Source of the DNA: Chlamydiota bacterium
GTDB lineage: Bacteria; Auribacterota; JACPWU01
Reading direction: 5' to 3'
Assembly: GCA_016196885.1 (NCBI GenBank)
Contig: JACPWU010000024.1
Span: 45,994 to 77,993, forward strand
DNA: 32,000 nucleotides
The notes under the pieces are model-generated. The model was not told where the DNA came from. It made no database searches and was given only the letters and a program-made list of their open reading frames with translations. This document shows, piece by piece, positions 1 to 7,473 of this stretch (position 1 is its first letter; every line of letters begins with the position of its first letter). A program made the position numbers and the translations under genes.

Positions 1-1429
1 GCGGTTTTAAATCTATGGCCTGGGCGAGGCTCATCACATCTTTCATTTCTTCTTCTACCAGATTTTCTGAGGCTTGAAAGGCCCGCTCTTGCATCCGTTG
101 TAGCGCAGGAATCCTCTGGAGAAGGTGCATGAACCAATCTTCACGAACGCCGGTCGCGATGAGCATGCCGATGGCCGTCACGGTTCCTCCGAAGAGCGTG
201 GCCAAATCTTTTTCAACAAGGTTGATGGCCCATGCGACAATCACGATTCCTGTGGTAAAAGTTCCAATCCAAAATCCTAAGCCCCGTCTTCCCAGGCCCC
301 ATCTCAAAACATCGAGGCTGAGCGATGAAAAAACGAAGGCGCCCAAGAGACCGAAGGCATACATGTCGCCGAGGAGAGCCATTTTCCCTTGTGTCATCAG
401 AATGATAAAAATGGGAAAAAGGGTGGCAATGAAAATAGCAATGTGCGGGGTGTTGAATTTTGAATTTCGGGCCGTGATACCGCTGGGGAGAAAGCCTCTG
501 TTGGCCAGGGCTAAAAAAACATTGTACGTTCCGATGATGGCTGTGTTGGAAGCAAAGAGAAGCAGGGAAGATGCAGTCAACACAACCGCAATTTTAGGCC
601 AAAATCCTCCCGCCACAAAGGCCAGCTCAGAAATAAAGTGTTCACTCTGGGTCGCTTTGACATCCCCAGAAAGCATGGCGATGGCCAAGGTCGTGAGTGT
701 GGGACTGGTTAAAACCATGGTCACGATCACGGCCAGCATTGCCACTCGGGTTGTCTTACGCAAAGGGAATCGAATCGCAGGACTGATTTGACTGATGCTT
801 TCCAATCCTGAAAAGGCGAGCCATGAAGCTGAAAATCCGATCAGAAGTTGATAGAAAGACAAATGATGGTAAATCCCGGACAGGGAGCGAAACATCTCTA
901 GCATTTGTGAAAAACTCATGTGAATGAGGCAAAGTCCAATCACGATGAGGTCAATGGCAAATGCACCTAGGGCCATGACGAGGGCCACCGTTGCGCTTTC
1001 TCGAATTCCAATGATGTTCAAGATGGCGAGCACCACCAGACCTGCACAGGCCAGGAGGGTGATATGGACTTCGATGAAAGGAAACACGCTGCTGATATAA
1101 TGAAAACCGGAGACTGAAGAAATCGCCGTGGTCAAAAAATAATCCACAATGATGAGCATTCCTCCCAGGCATCCCCACATGGGGCCAAAGGCCTTGGTGG
1201 TGATGGTCACAACGCCCCCTCCTTCTGGGTTTCGCCAGGCGATTTCTGTGTATTTCAGGGCGAGGAAAATGAAGCCCAAGGTGGTGAGAAGAACGAAAAA
1301 AGGGGTCGCATCTTGGACATGGCCGTACAAAAGACCCGGGACATAATAAATAGAGGTCCCAATGTCACAAAAAACAACAGCCCATGCCAAAAGCCAATTC
1401 AGTTGTCGTGTATCTCGTGTCGGTTGCAT
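1..1429 (-). CDS. APC-superfamily amino acid/polyamine permease, partial (C-terminus lies beyond the left edge)
   Basis: The reverse frame is open from ATG (complement of 1427-1429, GGGGGGA 6 nt upstream) to position 1. Hand translation gives MQPTRDTRQLNWLLAWAVVFCDIGTSIYYVPGLLYG...FSGLESISQISP..., a series of hydrophobic helices typical of APC permeases. It is absent from the ORF track, probably because it is open at the window edge. Confidence 0.75.
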   Translation of the reverse strand, partial: MQPTRDTRQLNWLLAWAVVFCDIGTSIYYVPGLLYGHVQDATPFFVLLTTLGFIFLALKYTEIAWRNPEGGGVVTITTKAFGPMWGCLGGMLIIVDYFLTTAISSVSGFHYISSVFPFIEVHITLLACAGLVVLAILNIIGIRESATVALVMALGAFAIDLIVIGLCLIHMSFSQMLEMFRSLSGIYHHLSFYQLLIGFSASWLAFSGLESISQISPAIRFPLRKTTRVAMLAVIVTMVLTSPTLTTLAIAMLSGDVKATQSEHFISELAFVAGGFWPKIAVVLTASSLLLFASNTAIIGTYNVFLALANRGFLPSGITARNSKFNTPHIAIFIATLFPIFIILMTQGKMALLGDMYAFGLLGAFVFSSLSLDVLRWGLGRRGLGFWIGTFTTGIVIVAWAINLVEKDLATLFGGTVTAIGMLIATGVREDWFMHLLQRIPALQRMQERAFQASENLVEEEMKDVMSLAQAIDLKP

Positions 1430-1502
1430 TCAACATCCCCCCCAAAAAAAATCTAAGGGTAGAAGTCTAGCAAGATTGAGGGGGGGATGGCTAGGAGGAA
1501 AA

Positions 1503-1579
1503 CAGTCGTGAGTCGTGAGTTGTGAGTAAAAAAATAATGCTTTTCAAACTCACTACTCACGACAGACGACTCACGACTG
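1503..1579. repeat. Long imperfect hairpin built from tandem GTGAGTY heptamers (array A), followed by an unpaired CTCAC-rich run to 1617
   Basis: Left arm is CAGTCGTGAGTCGTGAGTTGTGAGT (1503-1527). Right arm is ACTCACTACTCACGACAGACGACTCACGACTG (1548-1579), the near reverse complement. Confidence 0.8.
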
Positions 1580-1715
1580 CTTTTAAAAAACTCACGACTC
1601 ACCTCTCACCCCTCACAGTTTTTTCATCGTTGTTACTTCTTTACCATCCTGTCAGGAAAACACCACTTGGCGCTTATTTCTTATTCGCGTTCGAGAGAAT
1701 TTATTTTTAATAATT

Positions 1716-1731
1716 TGGCATAGAATGTGCT
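1716..1731 (+). promoter_or_regulatory. Candidate sigma-54 (-24/-12) promoter for the glnK-amtB operon
   Basis: TGGCAT-AGAAT-GTGCT compared with consensus TGGCAC-N5-TTGCW. GG (1717-1718) and GC (1729-1730) have the canonical spacing. It lies about 100 nt upstream of the glnK start. Confidence 0.55.
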
Positions 1732-1828
1732 CTCTAGAAAGCCGCAGGCCTTTTTTTGAGATTTCATATTTTTCGATTTTTTTTTTTGACCTTCAGGGGA
1801 CATTTATTAAAAGAATAGGAGACAGGTC

Positions 1829-2167
1829 GTGAAACTGATCAAAACGATTATTCAACCTTTTAAGCTTAATGATCTTAAGGATGCTCTTCATAATCTAGGC
1901 GTTCAAGGAATGACAGTCAGTGAAGTGAAGGGTTTTGGGCGTCAAAAAGGACATAAGGAGATGTATCGGGGGAGTGAGTACGAGCTTGAATTTATTCCAA
2001 AGGTGGAAGTGGAAACAGTGGTGGCGGACGACATGGTGGACAAAGTCATTCAAACCATTTCCGACACGACTCGAACCGGAAAGATCGGCGACGGAAAAGT
2101 TTTTGTGATTCCGATTGAGACGGCGGTGCGGATCAGAACCGGTGAAAGAGGCGAAAAAGCTCTTTAG
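1829..2167 (+). CDS. glnK: P-II family nitrogen regulatory protein
   Basis: 112 aa. GTG start 6 nt after AGGAGA. T-loop GRQKGHKEMYRGSEY with the Tyr51 position, and TGKIGDGKVFV. It is operonic with amtB. Confidence 0.95.
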   Translation: MKLIKTIIQPFKLNDLKDALHNLGVQGMTVSEVKGFGRQKGHKEMYRGSEYELEFIPKVEVETVVADDMVDKVIQTISDTTRTGKIGDGKVFVIPIETAVRIRTGERGEKAL

Positions 2168-2223
2168 GCAAGAGGCGGTTTAATCAGGTCCATTCTAAAA
2201 TCTGAAGGAGAGAAGGAGGCGTT

Positions 2224-2400
2224 ATGGCGGTAGGCACAACAAAAACATCGGGCTGGGCGCTGTTTTGGTTTTTGCTAGGATTTGCCCTTTTAGGGACAGC
2301 CGGAGTGGGGGGTGGTATGATCAGTTTGCTGGCAGGCTTTGTGGTGATTGTAATTTCAGGATTTATCTTTAAAGCGGCTCGAAAACAGGAGGCGGTATGA
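2224..2400 (+). CDS. Small (58 aa) two-helix membrane protein, hypothetical
   Basis: ATG 7 nt after AAGGAGG. MAVGTTKTSGWALFWFLLGFALLGTAGVGGGMISLLAGFVVIVISGFIFKAARKQEAV. It is below the ORF-track size cut-off, and its stop overlaps the next start (ATGA). Confidence 0.5.
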   Translation: MAVGTTKTSGWALFWFLLGFALLGTAGVGGGMISLLAGFVVIVISGFIFKAARKQEAV

Positions 2401-2579
2401 GGCTCATTGGACTTGCGTGCGCATTGGGAGGTTGGGTTTTGGCTGTTTCAGGTTTATTGGTAACCTCTTCCAATGGGGGGCGACTTGCTTTTGCTTGTGG
2501 TGGGATTGCCTTATCCATTTTTGGGATTCTCGGGGTTTTGAATCGTTATTATTTAAAGCGTGCCATTTGGAAGAAATAA
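2397..2579 (+). CDS. Small (60 aa) two-helix membrane protein, hypothetical, with the same architecture as the preceding ORF
   Basis: MRLIGLACALGGWVLAVSGLLVTSSNGGRLAFACGGIALSIFGILGVLNRYYLKRAIWKK. ATGA-coupled to the upstream mini ORF, and it ends 17 nt before the amtB start. Confidence 0.5.
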   Translation: MRLIGLACALGGWVLAVSGLLVTSSNGGRLAFACGGIALSIFGILGVLNRYYLKRAIWKK

Positions 2580-2596
2580 AAAGGAGAGAAAATTTT

Positions 2597-4210
2597 ATGA
2601 GAGGGTTAAAACTTAAGGCGCAAATCCTTTTAGCAGTGATCGGGATCGGCACGCTTTTGTCGTGTGCGGCTTCCGTGAAAGCAGGTGCATTAACCGATGA
2701 AGACGTGAGCAGTATCAAGGGCCCCGACACATCTGAAATTGCTGCGAAGGGGGATCCGGGGGCCGAGATGACTGGAACGGCGAATGATGTTTCTGTTTCG
2801 GATACGAGCAAGGGCTTGTCACTCGCCGATTTGGTGAATCAAGCAGGGCAGAATAAAATTGCCATTAATTTTGTCTGGACCCTGATCACAGGTTTCTTGG
2901 TCATGTTCATGCAGGCCGGTTTCGCCCTTGTAGAAACAGGGTTAATCAGGGCGAAAAACGCAAATCATACCATGATGATGAACTTTATGGTGTATGGTTT
3001 GGGTCTTTTTGCGTATTACGTCTGCGGCTTTGCCATTCAAATGGGGGGCTGTGCACCCATAGCAAACTTGGGTGGAGTCTATCCCTTGAATCATGAGTTT
3101 GCGATTAATCTTTTTGGAAAACCCTGGGCTTTGTTTGGGACCAAAGGATTTTTCTTAAGCGGGACTACCTATGATGTGGGTGTGATGGTTCTTTTCCTAT
3201 TCCAAATGGTGTTTATGGATACGACCACTACGATTGTCACAGGTTCATGTGCCGAGCGCTGGAAGTATTCTGCGTTTTGCGTTTCCAGCATTGGCTTGGG
3301 GGCCTTGATCTATCCATTATTCGGTAACTGGGCCTGGGGCTGTGGCTGGCTTTCTCAACTGGGCGTGAATTTTGGCCTGGGTCATGGCTATTGTGATTTT
3401 GCAGGATCCGGCGTAGTTCATGCGGTAGGAGGGATTACGGCTCTCGCGGTGGCCATGCAATTGGGCCCTCGCATTGGAAAATTTAACAAAGATGGAACGC
3501 CCAACGCGATTCCAGGGCATGATATTGTTTTGGTGCTCTGTGGATGTTTCATCCTGGCTTTCGGTTGGTTTGGATTTAATCCAGGCAGCACGCTGGGCGC
3601 TTCTGGCAACGGCTGTTTGAGGATTGGGAGCGTAGCAGTCAATACCATGTTGGCCGGTTGCACAGGTTCCTTTGGCGCTCTTCTCTACATGTGGATACGC
3701 TACGGAAAACCCGATGCCTCTATGGCGGGGAACGGATTGTTGGCGGGGTTGGTGGCCATCACGTCGCCGAGCGGTTTTGTGAATCCCCTGGCCTCAGCGG
3801 TGATCGGATGGATTGCAGGTGTTTTGGTTTGTCTGGCTGTAGAATTCTTCGATCGTGTTCCGAAACTTGATGATCCGGTGGGCGCGATGTCGGTTCACGG
3901 GGTGAACGGTTTGTGGGGAGTGATTGCCGTCGGACTTTTTGCCGATGGTCGCAGCAATTACGGTGGCAGTTGGAATGGAGTCTCGGGAGGTGTTAAAGGT
4001 TTATTTTATGGAGATGCCGGCCAGCTCGTTGCTCAATTGATCGGTGTAGCGACACTTGTCGGTATCATCTTTACTCTGTCCTTCGTCTGGAATTGGCTTG
4101 TGGATGTGGTGGTGGGTCAGCGTTCCAGTGCCCAGGCTGAGATGGAAGGGCTGGACATCCCAGAAATGGGAGCACTTTGCTATCCCGATTTCCAACTGAA
4201 AGCAGAATAA
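2597..4210 (+). CDS. amtB: Ammonium transporter (Amt family) with signal peptide and N-terminal extension
   Basis: In-frame ATG at 2597 after AAGGAGAGAA. MRGLKLKAQILLAVIGIGTLLSCAAS signal sequence. Amt signatures FMQAGFALVETG, DFAGSGVVH, FGFNPGS. The track ORF start at 2417 overlaps the mini ORFs and is unlikely. Confidence 0.95.
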   Translation: MRGLKLKAQILLAVIGIGTLLSCAASVKAGALTDEDVSSIKGPDTSEIAAKGDPGAEMTGTANDVSVSDTSKGLSLADLVNQAGQNKIAINFVWTLITGFLVMFMQAGFALVETGLIRAKNANHTMMMNFMVYGLGLFAYYVCGFAIQMGGCAPIANLGGVYPLNHEFAINLFGKPWALFGTKGFFLSGTTYDVGVMVLFLFQMVFMDTTTTIVTGSCAERWKYSAFCVSSIGLGALIYPLFGNWAWGCGWLSQLGVNFGLGHGYCDFAGSGVVHAVGGITALAVAMQLGPRIGKFNKDGTPNAIPGHDIVLVLCGCFILAFGWFGFNPGSTLGASGNGCLRIGSVAVNTMLAGCTGSFGALLYMWIRYGKPDASMAGNGLLAGLVAITSPSGFVNPLASAVIGWIAGVLVCLAVEFFDRVPKLDDPVGAMSVHGVNGLWGVIAVGLFADGRSNYGGSWNGVSGGVKGLFYGDAGQLVAQLIGVATLVGIIFTLSFVWNWLVDVVVGQRSSAQAEMEGLDIPEMGALCYPDFQLKAE

Positions 4211-4219
4211 GGAGGACGT

Positions 4220-4312
4220 ATGGCAGGAACCTTGATTACGTTAATTGGATCCTTGGTTGTTTTCCTTGCCCTGGGTGTTTATAAATCGGGCAGGAGTGTC
4301 TTCAGCAAGTAA
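4220..4312 (+). CDS. 30-aa single-helix mini-protein, hypothetical
   Basis: ATG 5 nt after AAGGAGG and 10 nt after the amtB stop. MAGTLITLIGSLVVFLALGVYKSGRSVFSK. It is followed by the operon terminator. Confidence 0.35.
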   Translation: MAGTLITLIGSLVVFLALGVYKSGRSVFSK

Positions 4313-4332
4313 GGTAAATATGTGATAAAATG

Positions 4333-4366
4333 GGGCGTGTGGGGAAAAACTCACACGCCCTTTTTC
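4333..4366 (+). terminator. Rho-independent terminator of the glnK-amtB operon
   Basis: GGGCGTGTG-gggaaaaact-CACACGCCC followed by TTTTT. Confidence 0.7.
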
Positions 4367-4434
4367 TTGTTATGAAAGTGGATCATGGAACATGGATGGT
4401 GGATGTTGGATTCCTTTCTCTCGTTCAAGCTTGT

Positions 4435-4550
4435 GTAGTCGCCCGATTTATCGGGCAGCCCCATAAATGGGGCGACTACAAAATAAGGGAGGCGAGGTAG
4501 GGCGGGGCTTTCATTGCACACGATGACCCCCAAAAGGGTCATTGAAATTA
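4435..4550. repeat. Mosaic REP/MITE-like palindromic element, copy 1 (core plus module B)
   Basis: Core is GTAGTCGCCCGATTTATCGGGCAGCCCCATAAATGGGGCGACTAC (4435-4479). Module B is CTTTCATTGCACACGATGAcccccaaaagggTCATTGAAATTA (4508-4550). Both recur at 19702-19831, and the core also recurs at 29577-29714. Confidence 0.75.
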
Positions 4551-4567
4551 AATTGGAAGCGAAAGTA

Positions 4568-4652
4568 TAAGTGCTTGAGTGTCTGAGTGCTTAAGTTAAA
4601 GGGAGAATTTGTTTTTACTTAAGCACTTACGCACTTGTTAACTTAAGCACTT
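4568..4652. repeat. Long imperfect hairpin built from tandem GTGCTTRA-type octamers (array B)
   Basis: TAAGTGCTTGAGTGTCTGAGTGCTTAAGT (4568-4596) pairs with ACTTAAGCACTTACGCACTTGTTAACTTAAGCACTT (4617-4652). Confidence 0.8.
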
Positions 4653-4666
4653 GGTAGTCTTATCTT

Positions 4667-5230
4667 ATGCTCGAAAATGCTTATCAAAAACTTAAAGAGG
4701 GATATTTCCAGAGTGCCGTAGAGGCTTTTACAGAATGTCTCGCTCGAGATTCTCTCCAAGCCGATGCCTATCACGGTCGTGCACAGGCCCATTTTCAACT
4801 TAAAAATTGGTCTTTGGCTCTTTCTGATTTCACAAAGGCCAAAGAGCTCAAAGAAGAGAACCTTGAAAATTGGATTGGGGTGGCCATGAGCTTGGCGATG
4901 GATCACAAAATTTATGAGGCCATAGAAGTGCTGGACACCTTGTTGGTTCATCATCCGAAATATGTCCGTGGCTATATTCAATTGGGCCAGCTCTATTATC
5001 GTCTTGGCGTTATCAGAAAGGGGAATGAACAAATGGAAAAAGCCCTTGCCTGTGATCCCTCACTCTCTGAAAGGCGAACGATAGAAAGGCTTCAGAGGGA
5101 ACAAAAGGAGCTGGACAAAAGACGGTTTTACCGCCCTGATTTTGAGGCCTTGCGTCGGAATAATCAAAACTCTTCTAGGGGCCATTGGTTTGAGAAAGTG
5201 AAGAGGTTTTTTGTGAAAAAAAGTTCTTGA
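4667..5230 (+). CDS. Tetratricopeptide (TPR) repeat protein
   Basis: 187 aa with repeated A/Y/G-spaced 34-residue units (AYHGRAQAHFQLKNWSLALSDFTKA..., YIQLGQLYYRLGVIRKGNEQMEKAL). Confidence 0.75.
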   Translation: MLENAYQKLKEGYFQSAVEAFTECLARDSLQADAYHGRAQAHFQLKNWSLALSDFTKAKELKEENLENWIGVAMSLAMDHKIYEAIEVLDTLLVHHPKYVRGYIQLGQLYYRLGVIRKGNEQMEKALACDPSLSERRTIERLQREQKELDKRRFYRPDFEALRRNNQNSSRGHWFEKVKRFFVKKSS

Positions 5231-5300
5231 AGGGAAAATTCACGAACCCCTTTTTTATTTTTAGCCCCTATCCGAGCAAAATTTGATACCATGTCTCCCC

Positions 5301-6413
5301 ATGAAAACGTTAAGACGCAACATCCCTGTGGCAGAGCCAGACTTAGATTCCCGGGAGCGTGAGAAGGTTTTGGATTGTGTAGAGTCGGGCTGGATTTCCT
5401 CCATTGGGACTTATGTGACTCAATTCGAGGAAAGTTTCAGCCATTTTTGCGGCGCTCAATATGGCATCGCCTGTTCCAATGGGACCGTGGCCCTTCATTT
5501 AGCGCTTCTGTCTTTGAAAGTGGGGCCTGGCGATGAGGTGATTTGTCCTACTTTATCCTTTGTGGCCACAGCCAATGCCATCCGCCATACCGGTGCAACG
5601 CCGGTCTTTGTGGATTCGGAGGCCTTCACTTGGAACATGGATCCCGAAAAAATGGCCGCCAAAATTTCAAGCAAAACCAAAGCCATTGTTGTGGTTCATT
5701 TATATGGACATTCTGCGGATTTAAATCCCATTTTAGAATTGGCTCAAAAAAAAGGACTTCCTTTAATTGAAGATGCGGCTGAAGCCCATGGGGCGCTTTA
5801 TCGGGGGAAGAAAGTGGGGGGGATTGGAACGCTCGGCTGTTTCAGTTTCTATGGTAATAAGGTGATTACGACGGGCGAGGGCGGGATGGTGGTCACACAA
5901 GACTCCCATTTGGCTGAGCGCATGAGGCTTTTGAGAGATCACGCGATGGATTCAAAAAGAAGGTATTGGCATACAGAAATAGGGTACAATTATCGCTTGA
6001 CCAATCTTCAGGCGGCGGTAGGTGTAGCCCAAATGGAAAAGATCGAAAAATTTCTTCAAATCCGCCGGGAGAATGCTAAAATTTATAAACTTCTTTTGAG
6101 GGAAGTTTCTGGGTTGACCCTTTTCCCAGAAGCGACCTGGGCTACACCTGTCTATTGGATGGTCAGCGTTTTGGTGGAAGAAGCTTTCGGAATTTCAAGA
6201 GATTCCTTGATGGAAAAATTGAAAGAGAAGGGCATTGATACGAGGCCTTTTTTTATTCCAACTCATATGCTACCGTCTCATCGGGAGGAGGGTCCTTATC
6301 CTGTTTCGGAATCCCTTTCCAAAAAAGGGATGAATCTTCCTTCCTCTACGAGGCTCACGCAAGAGGACATTGAATATGTGGTTCAAACCATTCAGGAAAT
6401 TCGCGAGGGCTAA
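5301..6413 (+). CDS. DegT/DnrJ/EryC1/StrS-family PLP-dependent sugar aminotransferase
   Basis: Motifs CSNGTVALHLAL, IEDAAEAHG, and FSFYGNKVITTGEGGMV with the PLP lysine. ATG at 5301 is preferred over TTG at 5283. Confidence 0.9.
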   Translation: MKTLRRNIPVAEPDLDSREREKVLDCVESGWISSIGTYVTQFEESFSHFCGAQYGIACSNGTVALHLALLSLKVGPGDEVICPTLSFVATANAIRHTGATPVFVDSEAFTWNMDPEKMAAKISSKTKAIVVVHLYGHSADLNPILELAQKKGLPLIEDAAEAHGALYRGKKVGGIGTLGCFSFYGNKVITTGEGGMVVTQDSHLAERMRLLRDHAMDSKRRYWHTEIGYNYRLTNLQAAVGVAQMEKIEKFLQIRRENAKIYKLLLREVSGLTLFPEATWATPVYWMVSVLVEEAFGISRDSLMEKLKEKGIDTRPFFIPTHMLPSHREEGPYPVSESLSKKGMNLPSSTRLTQEDIEYVVQTIQEIREG

Positions 6414-6419
6414 AATAGT

Positions 6420-7127
6420 ATGAAAGAAAGTTTGTCCATCATCCTTCCAACCTACAACGAGCGCGAAACCATCTGCCGCTTAATTCAAAAGATTTTGGAA
6501 GTGATCTCCTCCATGAAATGGGATGCTCAGGTCATTGTGGTAGATGATTCCAGCCCGGACGGAACAGCCCAAACCATCAAAAAGACCTTTTATGAAAATC
6601 CAGCCGTTCAACTCATCGTTCGCAAAAATAATCCCAGCTTAGGGGCCTCTGTTGGGGAGGGAATTCGTGCGGCAAGCAAGGATTATGTTCTCATCATGGA
6701 TGCAGATTTTAATCATTCCCCCAGTGACATTCCTCGGCTTTGGTCTTGCATCGAACGGGCCACCTTGGTGAATGGCTCCCGATTTGTTCGTGGGGGTGGG
6801 ATGGAAAAAGCCCGCTTGAGATATTTGGGCAGCCGAGTTTTTAATCTTATTTGCAGGGTGATTTTGGGGCTCCATGTCACAGATATTTTAAGTGGATTTT
6901 TGCTGGTCCGGAGAAAAGATTTGCTCAGCTTAGATTTAAATAAAATTTTTGTAGGCTACGGCGATTTTTCAATTCGCTTGCATTATGCAGCGAAGAAAAA
7001 GAAATGGTCTGTCGTGGAAATCCCTGTTCACTATCCTCAACGGTTTGGCGGCCGCTCCAAAACCCGCTTCTGCAAACATGCCTGCCAATATTTGGGCGCT
7101 GCCTTAAAGGCAAGATTGTTCTTATAA
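6420..7127 (+). CDS. Family 2 glycosyltransferase (polyprenyl-phosphate sugar transferase / Dpm1-ArnC-like)
   Basis: LSIILPTYNERE, VVDDSSPDGT, and DADFNH as the DxD motif. It starts 6 nt after the aminotransferase stop. Confidence 0.9.
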   Translation: MKESLSIILPTYNERETICRLIQKILEVISSMKWDAQVIVVDDSSPDGTAQTIKKTFYENPAVQLIVRKNNPSLGASVGEGIRAASKDYVLIMDADFNHSPSDIPRLWSCIERATLVNGSRFVRGGGMEKARLRYLGSRVFNLICRVILGLHVTDILSGFLLVRRKDLLSLDLNKIFVGYGDFSIRLHYAAKKKKWSVVEIPVHYPQRFGGRSKTRFCKHACQYLGAALKARLFL

Positions 7128-7242
7128 GAGAACGGCCGTTCGTCTCTCGTCAAGGGCGGGCCTCCACTTCGATTCCCCTATAGCTTTTGAGTGCCATGAG
7201 CTCTTAAGGTTTTTAGGTGGTTTAAGAATGATAAGGGAAAAG

Positions 7243-7316
7243 TGCCAGGGGGGGGAGTCGAACCCTCGACCTAGGCCTTATGAGAGCCCCGCTCTAGCCA
7301 TCTGAGCTACCCTGGC
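7243..7316 (-). tRNA. tRNA with CAU anticodon and a paired 1:72, so elongator tRNA-Met or tRNA-Ile2 (the lysidine substrate)
   Basis: Reverse strand reads GCCAGGG TA GCTC AGATGGCTA GAGC G GGGCT CTCATAA GGCCT AGGTC GAGGG TTCGACT CCCCC CCCTGGC A. The acceptor stem is perfect, there is one A:C mismatch in the T stem, and no CCA is encoded. Confidence 0.85.
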
Positions 7317-7326
7317 TTAAAAAGAA

Positions 7327-7421
7327 GGGTTTAGGGTATAGGGTTTAGGGTATAGGGCATAAGGAATTTGATTAAATAAAATCCTTATTTCCCTAAGCCC
7401 TACACCCTATACCCTAAACCC
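7327..7421. repeat. Long hairpin built from GGGTTTA/GGGTATA heptamers (array C) between the two tRNA genes
   Basis: GGGTTTAGGGTATAGGGTTTAGGGTATAGGGCATAAGGA (7327-7365) pairs with TCCTTATTTCCCTAAGCCCTACACCCTATACCCTAAACCC (7382-7421). Confidence 0.85.
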
Positions 7422-7473
7422 TGTTTTAAAAATTAGCGGGGGTTGGATTTGAACCAACGACCTTCGGGTTATG

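Noticed and set aside
129-791. 220-aa + strand ORF
   Set aside because: It is antisense to the much longer, membrane-protein-like minus-strand frame (1..1429). Its composition (Ala, Lys, Pro and Arg rich) looks like a shadow ORF.
2417-2596. N-terminal 60 codons of the 597-aa amtB track ORF, plus the antisense ORF 2404..2811
   Set aside because: The extension overlaps the 60-aa mini ORF in another frame and lacks an SD. ATG 2597 has an SD and gives a signal peptide. The antisense ORF has no support.
4351-4542. 63-aa minus ORF containing VVAPFMGLPDKSGDYT
   Set aside because: It is read entirely through the REP-like palindromic element, so it is an artefact of the repeat.
7243-7316. The second tRNA(CAU) as another initiator
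   Set aside because: G1:C72 is paired and the anticodon stem lacks the three consecutive G:C pairs, so it is an elongator Met or Ile2.
7327-7421. TTAGGG-like telomere repeats
   Set aside because: This is a short internal inverted array between tRNA genes on what reads as an ordinary bacterial chromosome, not a terminal tract.
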